Source: Nevskia sp. (GTDB lineage: Bacteria; Pseudomonadota; Gammaproteobacteria; Nevskiales; Nevskiaceae). Taken from it: a DNA stretch of 64,000 nt. Within the stretch, counting starts at the first letter, position 1, and the number at the start of each line of letters is the position of its first letter. Location: assembly GCA_028291645.1 (NCBI GenBank), contig JAQGNU010000190.1, positions 3,113-67,112 of the forward strand, given 5' to 3'. The position numbers and the translations under genes were made by a program. The notes beneath the pieces are model-generated. The model was not told where the DNA came from, did not search any database, and worked only from the letters and a program-made list of their open reading frames with translations. This document shows, in pieces, positions 7,510 to 17,217 of the stretch.

Positions 7510-8709
7510 ATGGCCACAGGTATCAAGGATAAGGTCGCAATCATCGGCATGGGCTGCTCGCGTTTCGGCGAGCGCTGGGACTGCGGTGCCGAACAACTGG
7601 TGACCGAGGCGTTCAGCGAAGCGCTGGCGGATGCCGGCATCGAACGCGCGCAGATCGGCGCGGCCTGGTATGGCTCGGCGATGGAGCGCTCGGTCGGCAA
7701 CTCGGCGATTCCACTGTCGACTGCGCTGCGGCTCGAAGGCATTCCGGTCACGCGCGTCGAGAACATGTGTGCGACTGGCACCGAAGCCCTGCGCGGCGCG
7801 ACCTATGCGGTCGCTTCCGGTGCGGTCGACATCGCACTCGCGATCGGTGCGGAGAAGCTGAAGGACAGCGGCTTCGGCGGACTGCCGGTGATGGGCAAAG
7901 GCACGCTCAACGATCTATGGATGCTGTATGGCTCCGCGCCTGCCGGCTTTGCGCAGCTCGCCGCCGGCTATCGTTCGAAATACCGCATTTCCAGGGAAGA
8001 CCTGAAGCAGGCGATCGGCCGTGTATCGTGGAAGAGTCACCAGAACGGCGCCAAGAATCCGAAGGCACATCTGCGCAAGGCAGTGGAGATGGAGACTATT
8101 CTCAATGCACCGATGATCGCCGAGCCCCTCGGTGTGTTCGATTGTTGCGGCGTCAGCGATGGCGCCGCCTGCGCGATCGTCACCACGCCCGAGATCGCGC
8201 GCAGCCTCGGCCACCGCGATCTGGTCACGATCAAGGCGCTGGCGCTATCGGCCAGTGCGGGTCGCGAGTGGGGCACCGACCAGTGGGACGGCTCGTACGT
8301 GCAGAACACGCGCAACGCGGCGAAGGCTGCTTATAAGGAAGCCGGCATCACCGATCCGCGCAAGGAACTGTCCGCACTGGAGGTGCACGACTGCTTCTCG
8401 ATCACCGAACTGGTAACGATGGAAGATCTCGGCGTGTCGCAGGACGGCGAAGCCTGGCGCGATGTGCTCGACGGCGTGTTCGATGCCGACGGCAAGATCC
8501 CCTGCCAGATCGACGGTGGCCTCAAGTGCTTCGGTCACCCGATCGGCGCTTCCGGGCTGCGCATGGTCTACGAGCATTACCTGCAGTTGCAGGGCCGTGC
8601 GGGAGCGCGGCAGCTGAAGAATCCGCAGCTCGGACTGTCGCACAACCTCGGCGGCGTTCCCTACAACGGCGTCTGCGGCATCAGCATCGTCGGACTCGAA
8701 GGCCGCTGA
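7510..8709 (+). CDS. SCP-x / nonspecific lipid-transfer-type thiolase (thiolase domain protein)
   Basis: VAIIGMGCSRFGERWD...VENMCATGTEALR...EVHDCFSITELVTMEDLG...GHPIGASGLRM. Confidence 0.9.
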   Translation: MATGIKDKVAIIGMGCSRFGERWDCGAEQLVTEAFSEALADAGIERAQIGAAWYGSAMERSVGNSAIPLSTALRLEGIPVTRVENMCATGTEALRGATYAVASGAVDIALAIGAEKLKDSGFGGLPVMGKGTLNDLWMLYGSAPAGFAQLAAGYRSKYRISREDLKQAIGRVSWKSHQNGAKNPKAHLRKAVEMETILNAPMIAEPLGVFDCCGVSDGAACAIVTTPEIARSLGHRDLVTIKALALSASAGREWGTDQWDGSYVQNTRNAAKAAYKEAGITDPRKELSALEVHDCFSITELVTMEDLGVSQDGEAWRDVLDGVFDADGKIPCQIDGGLKCFGHPIGASGLRMVYEHYLQLQGRAGARQLKNPQLGLSHNLGGVPYNGVCGISIVGLEGR

Positions 8710-8966
8710 GCAAGGCGGCTTCGCGCCCTTCTCGGTATCCCGTTGGCGCTCGCAATCAAGGCGGATTGTCGGGCTCGGAATTCCGCTTGCCATGTGCCCT
8801 GTACGGAAGGCCCCTCCTGCTAAGTCCGGTAACGGAAGCATCGAGGGGCAACCCTCGTGCGCATCTGCTTAAGCAGTCGAAGACTCTATTTTCCCGACGA
8901 CCAAGCTTCCCCAACCGATTGTACGGCTTGGTTGATTGCTGCCGGCTCATCACCCGAAATAAGGAG

Positions 8967-8994
8967 TTCACAGCGCTGCGGCCCTGCGTATAAT
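8967..8994 (+). promoter_or_regulatory. Possible sigma70-type promoter TTCACA-N16-TATAAT upstream of the second MarR gene
   Basis: Hexamers read directly from the sequence. It would give a leader of about 145 nt. There is no other support. Confidence 0.3.
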
Positions 8995-9144
8995 CGAAAC
9001 GAACACACCGTGCGGCTAAAGAACTTTCAGTCGGCGTTCACGCCAGCTGCAGCAGCAAAACCCAGAGTTGGGAACGCTGCGGTTGCTGCAAAGGGCTCTT
9101 AAGGTTTTAATTGTTTAATTCGAAGTGACTTTCGAGGACGAAGC

Positions 9145-9750
9145 ATGGCAGCGCCACACAACAGCAAGAAAAAGGCAGCGAGCAGCGCCCGCAGCAAGCC
9201 TGCCGTCAAAACGAAGAGCACTGGGACATCTGCATCGAAGCGGAAGAATTCAGGCGACAAGGAGACCTCGGCTTCTGGCGTCATCAGTACCCAGTCACGT
9301 GACGACATCCGTCTGAGCTTCCTGATTCACGATGTGTCGCGCATGCGCCGCGCCGTCTACGATCAGTTCATGAAACCGCTTGGTATCACGCGCGCGCAAT
9401 GGTGGGTGCTCGCGCATCTGTCGCGCAGCGACGGCATGATGCAGACGCAGCTCGCCGACGTGCTGGATGTCGGCAAGGCCAGCCTGGGTGATGTTATCGG
9501 GAGCCTTGAATCGGGCGGCTGGGTCGCGCGAATGTCGGATCCATCCGACAAACGCGCCAAGCGCGTGTTCCTGACTCCGCCGGCTCAATCGCTGATCAAG
9601 CGGATGACGGTGATGGAAGTGCAGTTCAACGATCGCGTGTTCGCCAAGCTCTCGCTGGAAGAACGCACCAAGCTGTTCGACATGATGCTGACGATCAAGC
9701 AGTCGCTGTCGCAGCTGTCTGCCAACGGCAACATCGATTCGGCCGACTGA
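9145..9750 (+). CDS. MarR family regulator with a ~55-aa Lys/Ser-rich basic N-terminal tail
   Basis: Tail: MAAPHNSKKKAASSARSKPAVKTKSTGTSASKRKNSGDKE. MarR core: ITRAQWWVLAHLSRSDGMMQTQLADVLDVGKASLGDVIGSLESGGWVARMSDPSDKRAKRVFLT. Confidence 0.85.
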   Translation: MAAPHNSKKKAASSARSKPAVKTKSTGTSASKRKNSGDKETSASGVISTQSRDDIRLSFLIHDVSRMRRAVYDQFMKPLGITRAQWWVLAHLSRSDGMMQTQLADVLDVGKASLGDVIGSLESGGWVARMSDPSDKRAKRVFLTPPAQSLIKRMTVMEVQFNDRVFAKLSLEERTKLFDMMLTIKQSLSQLSANGNIDSAD

Positions 9751-9896
9751 AGTTGCCCCGGCGGGTGTCCGCGTACGCGCCTAGCGCAATGGACTGAAGC
9801 GCGGCCGCAACAGCAGTCGGCCTTGCCGATCAGGCGCAGGGTTGAGGCTTGCACCCCATGCGCTCCTTGCGCCGCTGCCCGCACTGCAACGATCGT

Positions 9897-11078
9897 TCAG
9901 ACGCGCTCGAAGATGGCCGCGATGCCCTGACCGCCGCCGATGCACATCGTCGCCAGCGCGTAGCGTCCGCCGGTGCGGTGCAGTTCGGCGATCGCCTTGA
10001 TCGTGATGATCGCGCCGGTGGCGCCGACCGGATGACCGAGCGAGATGCCGGAGCCGTTGACGTTGACCTTGGCCGGATCGAAGCCGAGTTCGCGGCCCAC
10101 TGCACAAGCCTGTGCCGCAAAGGCTTCGTTCGATTCGATCACATCGAGATCCTTCACCAACAGGCCCGCGCGCTGCAGCGCCAGGTTGGTCGCCGGCACC
10201 GGACCGATGCCCATGTAGGCCGGTTCGACGCCTGCATGGCCATAGGACACCAGCCGCGCCAGCGGCTTTAGGTTCAGTGTTTTGACCTTCTCGCCCGACG
10301 CCAGCACCACGGCGGCGGCACCGTCGTTGATCGACGAGGCGTTGCCGGCGGTGACCAGGCCATCCTTCTTGAATACGGGCTTCAGTTTGGCCAGCGCATC
10401 GAGCGAAGTTTCGCGCGGCCCTTCGTCGGTCTCGAACTGGATCACGCCTTTGCGCGTCTTGATCTCGACCGGCACGATCTGGCTCTTGAAGCGGCCTTCG
10501 GCGATCGCGCGTGCCGCATTCTGCTGGCTCAGCAACGCCAGTTCGTCCTGCATCTCGCGGCTGATGCCATAGCGTGCGGCGACGTTCTCGGCCGTCACAC
10601 CCATGTGAATGTTCTGGAACGGGTCGTGCAGGATGCTGACCATGTAGTCCAGCACTTCGGCATTGCCCATGCGCGCCCCCCAGCGCTGCGACGGCAGCAG
10701 GTAAGCGCCGCGGCTCATCGATTCCGCACCCGCACCGATGGCGATGCCGGCATCGCCGAGCAGGATGGTCTGCGCGGCGGAGATGATCGCCTGCAAGGCG
10801 GAACCGCACAGACGATTGACGTTGAACGCCGGCGCTTCCTTCGGGATGCCGGCATCCATCGCGGCGACGCGGCCGAGATAGGCATCGCGCGGCTCGGTCG
10901 GAATCACGTTGCCCATCACCAGGTGCTCGACCTGCTCGGCACTGATGCCAGCGCGTTCGATCGCGGCGCGGACCGGCGTCGTCGCCAGCGTGGTCAAGGG
11001 CACATCCTTCAGAGAGCCGCCGAACGTACCGATCGCGGTGCGCGCACCGCTGACGATGAAGACTTCAGGTAAAGACAT
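9897..11078 (-). CDS. Acetyl-CoA C-acyltransferase (degradative/biosynthetic thiolase)
   Basis: MSLPEVFIVSGARTAIGTFGGSLKD...NRLCGSALQAI...NEAFAAQ...GHPVGATGAI...MCIGGGQGIAAIFERV. Confidence 0.95.
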   Translation of the reverse strand: MSLPEVFIVSGARTAIGTFGGSLKDVPLTTLATTPVRAAIERAGISAEQVEHLVMGNVIPTEPRDAYLGRVAAMDAGIPKEAPAFNVNRLCGSALQAIISAAQTILLGDAGIAIGAGAESMSRGAYLLPSQRWGARMGNAEVLDYMVSILHDPFQNIHMGVTAENVAARYGISREMQDELALLSQQNAARAIAEGRFKSQIVPVEIKTRKGVIQFETDEGPRETSLDALAKLKPVFKKDGLVTAGNASSINDGAAAVVLASGEKVKTLNLKPLARLVSYGHAGVEPAYMGIGPVPATNLALQRAGLLVKDLDVIESNEAFAAQACAVGRELGFDPAKVNVNGSGISLGHPVGATGAIITIKAIAELHRTGGRYALATMCIGGGQGIAAIFERV

Positions 11079-11099
11079 TGGATCCCCGGAAAGGAGTGC

Positions 11100-14000
11100 T
11101 TACATGTTGCGACGATAACGTCCGCCGACTTCGAACAGTGCGTGCGTGATCTGGCCGAGCGTGCAGCAGCGCACGGCATCCATCAGCACGGCGAAGATAT
11201 TACCGTCCTCGATCACTGTTTGCCGCAGCCGCTTCAGCAGCAGCGGTGCGGCTTCGGCGTTGAGCTGCTGGAATTCGGCGAGACGCCTGAGCTGTGACTG
11301 CTTCTCGTCGTCGGTCGAGCGCGCCAGCTCGATTTCCTGCGGCGTTTGGTCGCCCGCCGGATTGCGGAAGGTGTTGACGCCGATTAAGGGCAGCGAGCCG
11401 TCGTGCTTCTTGTGCTCGTAGTACAGGCTCTCTTCCTGGATCTTGCCGCGCTGGTAGCCGGTCTCCATCGCGCCGAGCACGCCGCCGCGATTGGCAATGG
11501 CTTCGAATTCTTTCAGCACGGCTTCCTCGACCAGGTCGGTCAGCTCGTCGATGATGAAACTGCCCTGCAGCGAATTCTCGTTCTTGGCCAGGCCGAATTC
11601 GCGGTTGATGATCAGCTGGATCGCCATCGCGCGCCGCACGCTTTCTTCGGTCGGCGTGGTGATGGCTTCGTCGTAGGCATTGGTGTGCAGGCTGTTGCAA
11701 TTGTCGTTGATCGCGATCAGCGCCTGCAGGGTGGTGCGGATGTCGTTGAAGTTCATTTCCTGCGCATGCAGAGACCGACCCGAAGTCTGCACGTGATACT
11801 TCAGCTTCTGCGAACGCTCGTTGGCGCCGTACTTGTGCTTCATCGCCACCGCCCAGATGCGGCGCGCGACACGGCCGATCACGCTGTACTCCGGGTCCAT
11901 GCCGTTGGAGAAGAAGAAGCTCAGGTTCGGCGCGAAATCATCAATGTGCATGCCGCGCGCCAGATACGACTCGACATAGGTGAAGCCGTTGGACAGCGTG
12001 AAGGCGAGCTGGCTGATCGGGTTCGCGCCGGCCTCGGCGATGTGGTAGCCGGAGATCGACACCGAGTAGAAGTTCTGCACCTGGTGATCGACGAAGTACT
12101 GCTGGATATCGCCCATCATCTTCAGCGCGAATTCGGTCGAGAAGATGCAGGTGTTCTGGCCCTGGTCTTCCTTCAGGATGTCGGCTTGCACGGTGCCGCG
12201 CACTGTCGACAGTGTCCTGGCACACAGCTTCTGGTATTCATCCGAATCCGGCTGACGGCCATTGGCTTCGACGAAGCGCTCGACCTGCTGGTCGATCGCG
12301 GTGTTCATGAACATCGCCAGAATCATCGGCGCCGGGCCGTTGATCGTCATCGATACCGAGGTCGTCGGCGCACACAGGTCGAAGCCCGAGTACAGCACCT
12401 TCATGTCGTCGAGCGAGGCGATCGACACGCCGGAGTTGCCGACCTTGCCGTAGATGTCCGGTCTAAGCTCCGGATCCCAGCCGTACAAGGTCACCGAATC
12501 GAACGCGGTCGACAGGCGATGCGCCGGCATGCCTTCGGACACGCGCTTGAAGCGGCGGTTGGTGCGGAACGCATCGCCTTCGCCAGCGAACATGCGGGTC
12601 GGGTCTTCGCCTTCGCGCTTGAACGGAAACACGCCGGCGGTATAGGGGAAATAGCCCGGCAGATTTTCCTTCATCAAGAATCGGAGCGTCTCGCCGTCGT
12701 CGTCGAATCTCGGCAGCGAGACCTTGCGGATCTTGGTGCCGGACAGCGACTCCGAGGTCAGCGTGGTGCGCAGTTCCTTGTCGCGCACCTTGGTGATCTG
12801 CACGTCACCCGCATACTGCTGCTGCAGGTTCGGCCATTGCGCCAGCAGCGTGCGCGCCTGCGCGGTCAGTTCGCCGTCTTTGGCCGAGACCAGTTCGTCG
12901 AAGCCTTCGGCAGGCTTGCCGCTCTGCTCGAACAGCGCCTTGGCGATGCGCAGGCTCTGCCGCTCGCGCGCGACGCGCGCCTGGCGTGCGGCCTCCTTGT
13001 GATAGCCGCGTACGCTGTCGGCGATCTCTGCCAGGTAGCGCACGCGCTCGGGTGGCACGATCGCGCGGCCGAGCGTGGATGCGCGCACCGGCACCTGCGG
13101 TAGCGCACTGGTCTGCGTTCTCAGGCCCTTTTCGCGCAGATCGGCCAGCAGTGCTTGATAAAGGCCGGTGACGCCATCGTCGTTGAAGCGCGACGCCATG
13201 GTGCCGTAGACCGGCATTGTGTCCGGGCTTTGCATGAAGCGCTCGCGATTGCGCTGGTATTGCTTGCGCACGTCGCGCAGCGCGTCTTCCGCACCCTTGC
13301 GGTCGAACTTGTTGATGGCGACGAAGTCGGCGAAGTCGAGCATGTCGATCTTCTCCAGCTGCGAGGCGGCGCCGAACTCCGGCGTCATCACGTACAGCGA
13401 GGTATCGACGAACGGCACGATCGCGGCATCGCCCTGGCCGATGCCGGAGGTCTCGACCACGATCAGGTCGAAGCCGCTGAGTTTGCAGGCGGCGAGCACG
13501 TCCGGGAGCGCTGCGGAGATTTCAGTGCCGGTGTCGCGCGTGGCCAGCGAGCGCATGAAAATCGATCCATTCATGTCGGGGGACTCGATCGCGTTCATGC
13601 GGATGCGGTCGCCCAGCAGCGCCCCGCCGGTGCGCTTGCGCGAAGGATCGATCGAGACGATCGCCACCCGCAAGCTGTCTTCCTGGTCGAGCCGCAGGCG
13701 CAGGATCAGCTCATCGGTCAGCGAGGACTTGCCGGCGCCGCCGGTGCCGGTGATGCCGAGCACCGGTGTCTTCACATCCTTCGCCGCGGCGAGCAGCGTG
13801 TCGCGCGTCGCCTGCGGATAGGCGCCGTTCTCGATAGCGGTGATCACGTGGGCGAGCTGGCGGCGATCGCCGCTGCGCAAGCTCTCCAGCGCGGCAGCGT
13901 GCGCCGGCGCCTGTGCGCACAGATCGTAGTCGCTGTTGCGGATGACGTCGTCGATCATGCCCTGCAGGCCGAGCGTCGCGCCGTCCTCGGGTGAATACAG

Positions 14001-14381
14001 CCGCGTCACGCCGTAGTCCATCAATTCCTTGATCTCGGAGGCGACGATGACGCCGCCGCCACCGCCGAACACCTTGATGTTTTCGCCGCCGCGCTGGCGC
14101 AGCAGGTCGATCATGTATTTGAAGAACTCGACATGGCCGCCCTGGTACGAGGTGATCGCGACACCCTGCACATCCTCCTGCAGCGCGGCGTTGACGATCT
14201 CGGCCACCGAACGGTTGTGGCCGAGGTGGATCACTTCCGCACCCGACTGCTGCAGGATGCGCCGCATGATGTTGACGGACGCATCGTGGCCGTCGAACAG
14301 CGAGGTCGCCGTGACGAAACGGACCTTGTGGGTCGCCTTGTAGGGAGTCCGGCAAATGGCCGGTGCGCCGCTATCGTCCAT
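11100..14381 (-). CDS. icmF: Fused isobutyryl-CoA mutase (B12-binding domain + MeaB-like G-protein + mutase catalytic domain)
   Basis: 1093 aa. B12 motif [11 protein letters not shown]-loop [10 protein letters not shown], and a mutase domain [25 protein letters not shown]...RRFK. The three-domain order is characteristic of IcmF. Confidence 0.92.
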   Translation of the reverse strand: MDDSGAPAICRTPYKATHKVRFVTATSLFDGHDASVNIMRRILQQSGAEVIHLGHNRSVAEIVNAALQEDVQGVAITSYQGGHVEFFKYMIDLLRQRGGENIKVFGGGGGVIVASEIKELMDYGVTRLYSPEDGATLGLQGMIDDVIRNSDYDLCAQAPAHAAALESLRSGDRRQLAHVITAIENGAYPQATRDTLLAAAKDVKTPVLGITGTGGAGKSSLTDELILRLRLDQEDSLRVAIVSIDPSRKRTGGALLGDRIRMNAIESPDMNGSIFMRSLATRDTGTEISAALPDVLAACKLSGFDLIVVETSGIGQGDAAIVPFVDTSLYVMTPEFGAASQLEKIDMLDFADFVAINKFDRKGAEDALRDVRKQYQRNRERFMQSPDTMPVYGTMASRFNDDGVTGLYQALLADLREKGLRTQTSALPQVPVRASTLGRAIVPPERVRYLAEIADSVRGYHKEAARQARVARERQSLRIAKALFEQSGKPAEGFDELVSAKDGELTAQARTLLAQWPNLQQQYAGDVQITKVRDKELRTTLTSESLSGTKIRKVSLPRFDDDGETLRFLMKENLPGYFPYTAGVFPFKREGEDPTRMFAGEGDAFRTNRRFKRVSEGMPAHRLSTAFDSVTLYGWDPELRPDIYGKVGNSGVSIASLDDMKVLYSGFDLCAPTTSVSMTINGPAPMILAMFMNTAIDQQVERFVEANGRQPDSDEYQKLCARTLSTVRGTVQADILKEDQGQNTCIFSTEFALKMMGDIQQYFVDHQVQNFYSVSISGYHIAEAGANPISQLAFTLSNGFTYVESYLARGMHIDDFAPNLSFFFSNGMDPEYSVIGRVARRIWAVAMKHKYGANERSQKLKYHVQTSGRSLHAQEMNFNDIRTTLQALIAINDNCNSLHTNAYDEAITTPTEESVRRAMAIQLIINREFGLAKNENSLQGSFIIDELTDLVEEAVLKEFEAIANRGGVLGAMETGYQRGKIQEESLYYEHKKHDGSLPLIGVNTFRNPAGDQTPQEIELARSTDDEKQSQLRRLAEFQQLNAEAAPLLLKRLRQTVIEDGNIFAVLMDAVRCCTLGQITHALFEVGGRYRRNM

Positions 14382-14420
14382 CGTGATTATCCAAAGTGAG
14401 TGTCGCAGGGAGGCGACTGG

Positions 14421-14443
14421 ATTATATCGTATGGTACCAAACT
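14421..14443 (-). promoter_or_regulatory. Candidate operator (CGTATG-GTAC-CAAACT, 14428-14443) abutting a -10 TATAAT (complement of 14421-14426) upstream of icmF
   Basis: The minus strand reads AGTTTGGTACCATACG-A-TATAAT, 40 nt before the icmF ATG. Confidence 0.5.
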
Positions 14444-14471
14444 ATGATCGTCACGGATTGCGCCACGCCTC

Positions 14472-14504
14472 GCGCTGGCCGGCGTGGCGCACGCCGGCCA
14501 GCGC
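14472..14504. repeat. Perfect 15-bp-stem / 3-nt-loop GC-rich hairpin, flanked by 7-bp direct repeats GGATTGC (14455-14461 and 14510-14516)
   Basis: GCGCTGGCCGGCGTG-GCG-CACGCCGGCCAGCGC, read directly from the sequence. It lies between the SDR stop codon and the icmF promoter. No U-tract follows it. Confidence 0.6.
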
Positions 14505-14516
14505 CCGCAGGATTGC

Positions 14517-15452
14517 TTAAACCGGATCCCAGGTGAAGACGTCGCCGGAGCGGTGCAGCGCGTAGAAATCGTTCTGGAACATCGGGAATACGCGTTCGAC
14601 GATGGCTTCCGGCGTCCAGCCTTCCGCGGTGTGCGCGGTGCGTAGCGGACGCGGCTGCGAGAACAGGTAGATCTCGTTGTTGCGCACGCCGAACACCTGC
14701 CCGGATACGTTTTTGGCGCCGTCGCTGGCGAGCGCCGCCACGAATGGTGCGATCTTTTCCGGCACCAGCTTTTTCAGGCCTTCGACGCGGCGTTTCTGTT
14801 CCGGCGTCTCGTCCGGGATCGAATCGATCATGCGCGTCCAGGCGAACGGTGCAACTGCATTCGAACGCACGCCGAAGCGTTGCATGTCGAGCGCGATCGC
14901 TTTCGACAGTCCGACGATGCCGAGCTTGGCGGCGCAGTAATTGGCCTGGCCGAAATTGCCAACCAGGCCCGACGTCGAGGTCATATGAATGTAGGCACCG
15001 GAGCCCTGTTCCTTGAAATACGGCGCGGCGGCGCGGCTGACGTTGAAGCTGCCTTTCAGATGCACCGCGATGACCGAATCGAATTCCTCTTCACTCATCT
15101 TGTGGAAGATCGCGTCACGCAGATTGCCGGCATTGTTGACGACGATGTCGATACGTCCGAACGCCTTGCGTGCAGTCTCGACCATCGCCGCACCGCCGGC
15201 ATACTCGGCGACCGAATGCGTATCGACCACGGCTTCGCCACCGAGGGCTGCGATCTCGCGGATCACGCTGTCGGCCGGCGATTCGCTGGTCGCAGCACCG
15301 GTCAGCGAAACGCCGATGTCGTTGACGACGATGCGCGCACCGGCGCGTGCCAGTTCCAGCGCGATGCCGCGCCCGATGCCGCGTCCGGCACCGGTGACGA
15401 TCGCAACCTTTCCCTGTAGCAGCTTGTTCGATGATTCAGCCATGGTGCTCAC
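14517..15452 (-). CDS. SDR oxidoreductase resembling the (3R)-hydroxyacyl-CoA dehydrogenase domain of multifunctional enzyme type 2
   Basis: VAIVTGAGRGIGRGIAL...RIDIVVNNAGNLRDAIFHKMSEEEFDSVIAVHLKGSF...GNFGQANYCAAKLGIVGL. Confidence 0.88.
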   Translation of the reverse strand: MSTMAESSNKLLQGKVAIVTGAGRGIGRGIALELARAGARIVVNDIGVSLTGAATSESPADSVIREIAALGGEAVVDTHSVAEYAGGAAMVETARKAFGRIDIVVNNAGNLRDAIFHKMSEEEFDSVIAVHLKGSFNVSRAAAPYFKEQGSGAYIHMTSTSGLVGNFGQANYCAAKLGIVGLSKAIALDMQRFGVRSNAVAPFAWTRMIDSIPDETPEQKRRVEGLKKLVPEKIAPFVAALASDGAKNVSGQVFGVRNNEIYLFSQPRPLRTAHTAEGWTPEAIVERVFPMFQNDFYALHRSGDVFTWDPV

Positions 15453-15533
15453 TCCAAATTAACGCTGGTAAATACGGGCCCTATTGCGTGGGGACTCGAG
15501 GCGATGCCGGTACCAGTGCGTCGTCGTCGATCG

Positions 15534-16793
15534 TTAGATGCGCGCGGCAATGTCGTGCCAGTGGCGTGCGAGTTCCTCCTGGAACTGCGGTGCGGCGATC
15601 GCGATCAAGGCTTTGGCACGTGCATGCAGCGATAGCCCGCGCAGCGCGGCGATGCCGTGCTCGGTGACGACGTAGTCCGCTTCGTGACGTGCCAGCGCAA
15701 CCGTGCAGCCGGCGCCGAGTGCCGGCACGATGCGACTGTGCGCGCCGTCTTCTGTGATTGCCGGCAGTGCGACGATCGAACGGCCACCGGTACTCAGGCG
15801 TGCGCCGCTGGCAAAGGCAGGCAGGCCGCCGACGCCCGCGAGCAGGCGGCCCTTGATCGAGTCGGCGTTGACCTGTCCGAACAGATCGACTTCGACCGCG
15901 GAGTTGATCGCGCAGAAATTGGCGATCGCGCCGATGCGCCGCACGTCGTGCGTCTCGCTGACCGGCCGGAAGTAAAAACTGTCGTCGGCACCGACGCGTG
16001 CATAGAACGCGGCGTCGCCGAGTGCAACGCCGGCTTCGACCGCGCCCTCGCCACGGATGGCGCCGGCATCGACTAAACCGGCCACCGCATCGGTGATCAG
16101 TCCGGAATGAATGCGCAAGGCGCGATGATTGCCGAGTGCGGCGAGAATCGCATTCGGCAGTTTGCCGATGCCGAACTCCAGCGTATCGCCATCGCGAACC
16201 AGACTCGCGACCAGCGCGGCGTGATGCGCGCTCGCACCCTCGTTACCGTCGCTTCGATAGGCGAGCAGTTCGCAGTCCTGCTCGAACACTGCGTCGAAGT
16301 CCTCGGCATCGAGTGCGATTGAACCACGCGTGCGCGGTACACGTGGATTGATCTGGACCCAGCGTTGACGCGCCTTCTTCCAGACCGCCGGCAGAAAATC
16401 GATGCAGGCTCCGAGCGAGCAGCGGCCCTCCTGATCCGGTGGCGACACCTGCGCGATCGCGATATCGACATCGACCGCTTCCGCGAGATCCCGGTAGATG
16501 CCGGGATAGTCCAGCGGCAACAGTTCGGCGCGGGCGTCCTGCATGCCGCGGCGCAGGCTCGACGTCATGAAGTAGCCGCGCTGGCGCGTGCGCGGATGCA
16601 GCGCCAGGTAATCCGAGCGATTGACGCCGGGAAAATGCACGCCGGCAAAGCGCACATCGGCGGCTGCTTCGGGATTGGCCTGCAGCGCAGCGTAGAAGGA
16701 AAGGCTTTCACCGGACATGCCGGGAACGAACACGGTCATGCCGGGACGCAGGCGTGCGACCAGTTCTGCAGCGGAGGATAATTTTTGCGGCAC
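15534..16793 (-). CDS. Acetyl-CoA hydrolase/transferase family protein (4-hydroxybutyrate-CoA-transferase-like). Start uncertain: GTG 16793 or ATG 16847
   Basis: AELVARLRPGMTVFVPGMSGES...INSAVEVDLFGQVNADS...GGLPAFASGA. The ATG at 16847 would overlap the upstream MaoC gene by 47 nt. Confidence 0.82.
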   Translation of the reverse strand: MPQKLSSAAELVARLRPGMTVFVPGMSGESLSFYAALQANPEAAADVRFAGVHFPGVNRSDYLALHPRTRQRGYFMTSSLRRGMQDARAELLPLDYPGIYRDLAEAVDVDIAIAQVSPPDQEGRCSLGACIDFLPAVWKKARQRWVQINPRVPRTRGSIALDAEDFDAVFEQDCELLAYRSDGNEGASAHHAALVASLVRDGDTLEFGIGKLPNAILAALGNHRALRIHSGLITDAVAGLVDAGAIRGEGAVEAGVALGDAAFYARVGADDSFYFRPVSETHDVRRIGAIANFCAINSAVEVDLFGQVNADSIKGRLLAGVGGLPAFASGARLSTGGRSIVALPAITEDGAHSRIVPALGAGCTVALARHEADYVVTEHGIAALRGLSLHARAKALIAIAAPQFQEELARHWHDIAARI

Positions 16794-16800
16794 GACCCGC

Positions 16801-17217
16801 TCAGTCCGAGGCGCCGAGAGCGATGCTCGCGTTGCCGCTGACGGCAATTGTGTCAGTACCGGCGATCCGCGCTTCCAGTGTGAGCGTCAGCAGTGTGTCG
16901 CCGCGTTGATCGAGCAGGGCACGGCAATGCAGCGCGCGGTTGACCGGAATGATCGCGCCGAAGCGCGCGTTGAACGTGCGGATTGTGCTGGCCGGAAAAT
17001 GTTCGGTGAGCAAGCGGCCGAGTGCCGCCATGCCGAGCATGCCGTGCACGATGACGTCGTCGAAGCCGGCCTGCCGCGCGAAGGCGGGGTCGAGATGCAG
17101 GGGATTGAGATCGCCCGAAGCCTTGGCGTAACGCTGCAGACTTTCGTGAGTCATCACCTCCGTGATGAACTCGGCGACGACCGCATTCGGCAGCGCAGCG
17201 GCGAGATCGGCCTTCAT
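16801..17217 (-). CDS. MaoC-like (R)-specific enoyl-CoA hydratase, catalytic hot-dog subunit
   Basis: MKADLAAALPN...YAKASGDLNPLHLDPAFARQAGFDDVIVHGML. This is only the last 138 aa of track ORF 16801-17823. Its ATG overlaps the upstream stop codon as ATGA. Confidence 0.85.
   Translation of the reverse strand: MKADLAAALPNAVVAEFITEVMTHESLQRYAKASGDLNPLHLDPAFARQAGFDDVIVHGMLGMAALGRLLTEHFPASTIRTFNARFGAIIPVNRALHCRALLDQRGDTLLTLTLEARIAGTDTIAVSGNASIALGASD

Noticed and set aside
8756-9102. Short ORFs (71 aa on the minus strand, 81 aa on the plus strand) in the 435-bp gap upstream of the second MarR gene, and a possible structured RNA there.
   Set aside because: The ORFs have no RBS and implausible composition. 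I see only small hairpins and palindromes and cannot match any RNA family by eye. The region is mentioned in a finding, but no RNA gene is called.
14382-14516. Possible cobalamin riboswitch in front of the B12-dependent icmF.
   Set aside because: The leader is only about 135 nt. I could not find a B12-box-like element or the expected multi-stem architecture. The region is better explained by a promoter/operator plus one hairpin.
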